The notes beneath the pieces are model-generated. The model was given only the letters and a program-made list of their open reading frames with translations, searched no databases and had not been told where the DNA came from. Below, piece by piece: positions 63,166 to 64,000 of a DNA stretch of 64,000 nucleotides. Where the stretch lies: the NCBI GenBank assembly GCA_965207895.1, contig CBDBNN010000002.1, positions 92,498-156,497 on the forward strand, given 5' to 3'. Each line of letters starts with the position of its first letter. The stretch's first letter is position 1. The position numbers and the translations under genes are program-made. Source of the stretch: Dehalococcoidia bacterium (GTDB lineage: Bacteria > Chloroflexota > Dehalococcoidia > UBA6926).

Positions 63166-63198
63166 GCCCGCCCTGCCGGACGGCAGGGCGGGCTTTTT
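63166..63198 (+). terminator. Terminator after vWA gene 2, near-identical to the one at 60340
   Basis: GCCCGCCCTGCCG-GA-CGGCAGGGCGGGC followed by TTTTT. Confidence 0.8.
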
Positions 63199-63304
63199 CT
63201 CGGTTCGCGTTCACCGACTATGCCCGGAGTCGTCGTTCTCCCGCGTTCAGTCTTGCTCTCCTCCCGCTCATGACTTCCGACGATCTCAGCGTGAGCAGGA
63301 GCCG

Positions 63305-64000
63305 TTAGCAGGATGGGCGGCCGGGAATGACCGGCAGTGGCCGGAATTCGAGTAGGTCCCACATCTCTGCCTCACCGCGCGACGTTGCGATGGGGGCATG
63401 AAGCATCTCGGCGGCATCCAGGAGGGCCGTGTAGCACGCCTGCCCTCTCAGTGACTCGACCCACATGACATAGTCAGCAAGATCGCGCTCCGCATCATCA
63501 GCAAGACCGAGCATTGCGTTAGCCAGCGAGCGGGAGTAAAGCGCCTTGTCATACCCGCTCTGCACTGCCGCCTGACAGTAGCTGAGCGCGGAGGCAGCAT
63601 CACCCGCAACCGTCAGCGCCCGGCAGGCGGAATCCTGGTAACGGAGTTCCCGCGGCGCGAACTCTGCCGCTTTTTCCAGATCAGCGGCTGCTTCCGGGAG
63701 AGAGGCGAGTGCCGAGTTGGCAAGGCCTCGGTGGAACCACGCATCTGGCAAGTCGGGCGCTAATTCGATGGCCTGGGTATATTCAGCGATACTGCGGCGT
63801 ACTTCTACCCGGCCACCGTGTGCCACAAACAGCAGGCCGGCAGTGACGAAGGCTTCTGACAGGCTCGGCTCCAGCTCCAGCGCGCGATTGAGGTCAGTTC
63901 GGGCAAGCGTCAAGTCCGATTCCTGGCCGCGGGCGATGTACGCCCCGGCACGGTCGACATAGGCAATTCCGTCGTCAGGGACAAGTTCAATAGCCCTTGA
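63305..64000 (-). CDS. TPR-repeat protein, 5' end beyond the window
   Basis: The frame stays open to base 64000 (SRAIELVPDDGIAYVDRA...); repeated A(I/L)EL.P...A(W/F)..RG motifs. Confidence 0.8.
   Translation of the reverse strand, partial: SRAIELVPDDGIAYVDRAGAYIARGQESDLTLARTDLNRALELEPSLSEAFVTAGLLFVAHGGRVEVRRSIAEYTQAIELAPDLPDAWFHRGLANSALASLPEAAADLEKAAEFAPRELRYQDSACRALTVAGDAASALSYCQAAVQSGYDKALYSRSLANAMLGLADDAERDLADYVMWVESLRGQACYTALLDAAEMLHAPIATSRGEAEMWDLLEFRPLPVIPGRPSC

Overview
GC-rich bacterial chromosome segment, almost entirely core/metabolic, most consistent with Chloroflexota (Dehalococcoidia-like). This taxonomy is inferred from the tuf-rpmG-secE-nusG-rplKAJL block not being followed by rpoB, a T-box in front of ilv-leu-cimA, and clpC-radA. 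Contents: tig (partial), aspS, two type II TA pairs, an RpoD-family sigma factor, lipid genes, a ribosomal-protein cluster, three tRNAs, larB/larC/larE, clpC/radA, S1, tandem MFS paralogues, NiSOD with its maturation protease, aroF-tRNA-Tyr-tyrS-pheA, ilvBNC-leuACDB-cimA, ftsH and an ECF/anti-sigma-vWA module. No phage, IS or CRISPR was seen. The main result is a hidden selenoproteome missed by the ORF track: three genes carry an in-frame TGA at a catalytic-Cys position followed by a hairpin. They are selD (CAG-U-AAK), a peroxiredoxin (FTGG-U) and a thiolase-fold protein (CFVNT-U-RGY), the last not a selenoprotein family I recall being described. Other highlights are a TyrRS fused to an N-terminal B3/4 editing-type domain, a near-leaderless Tyr/Phe-rich leader-peptide attenuator upstream of aroF, and a duplicated vWA sensor/effector pair with an ECF sigma factor.
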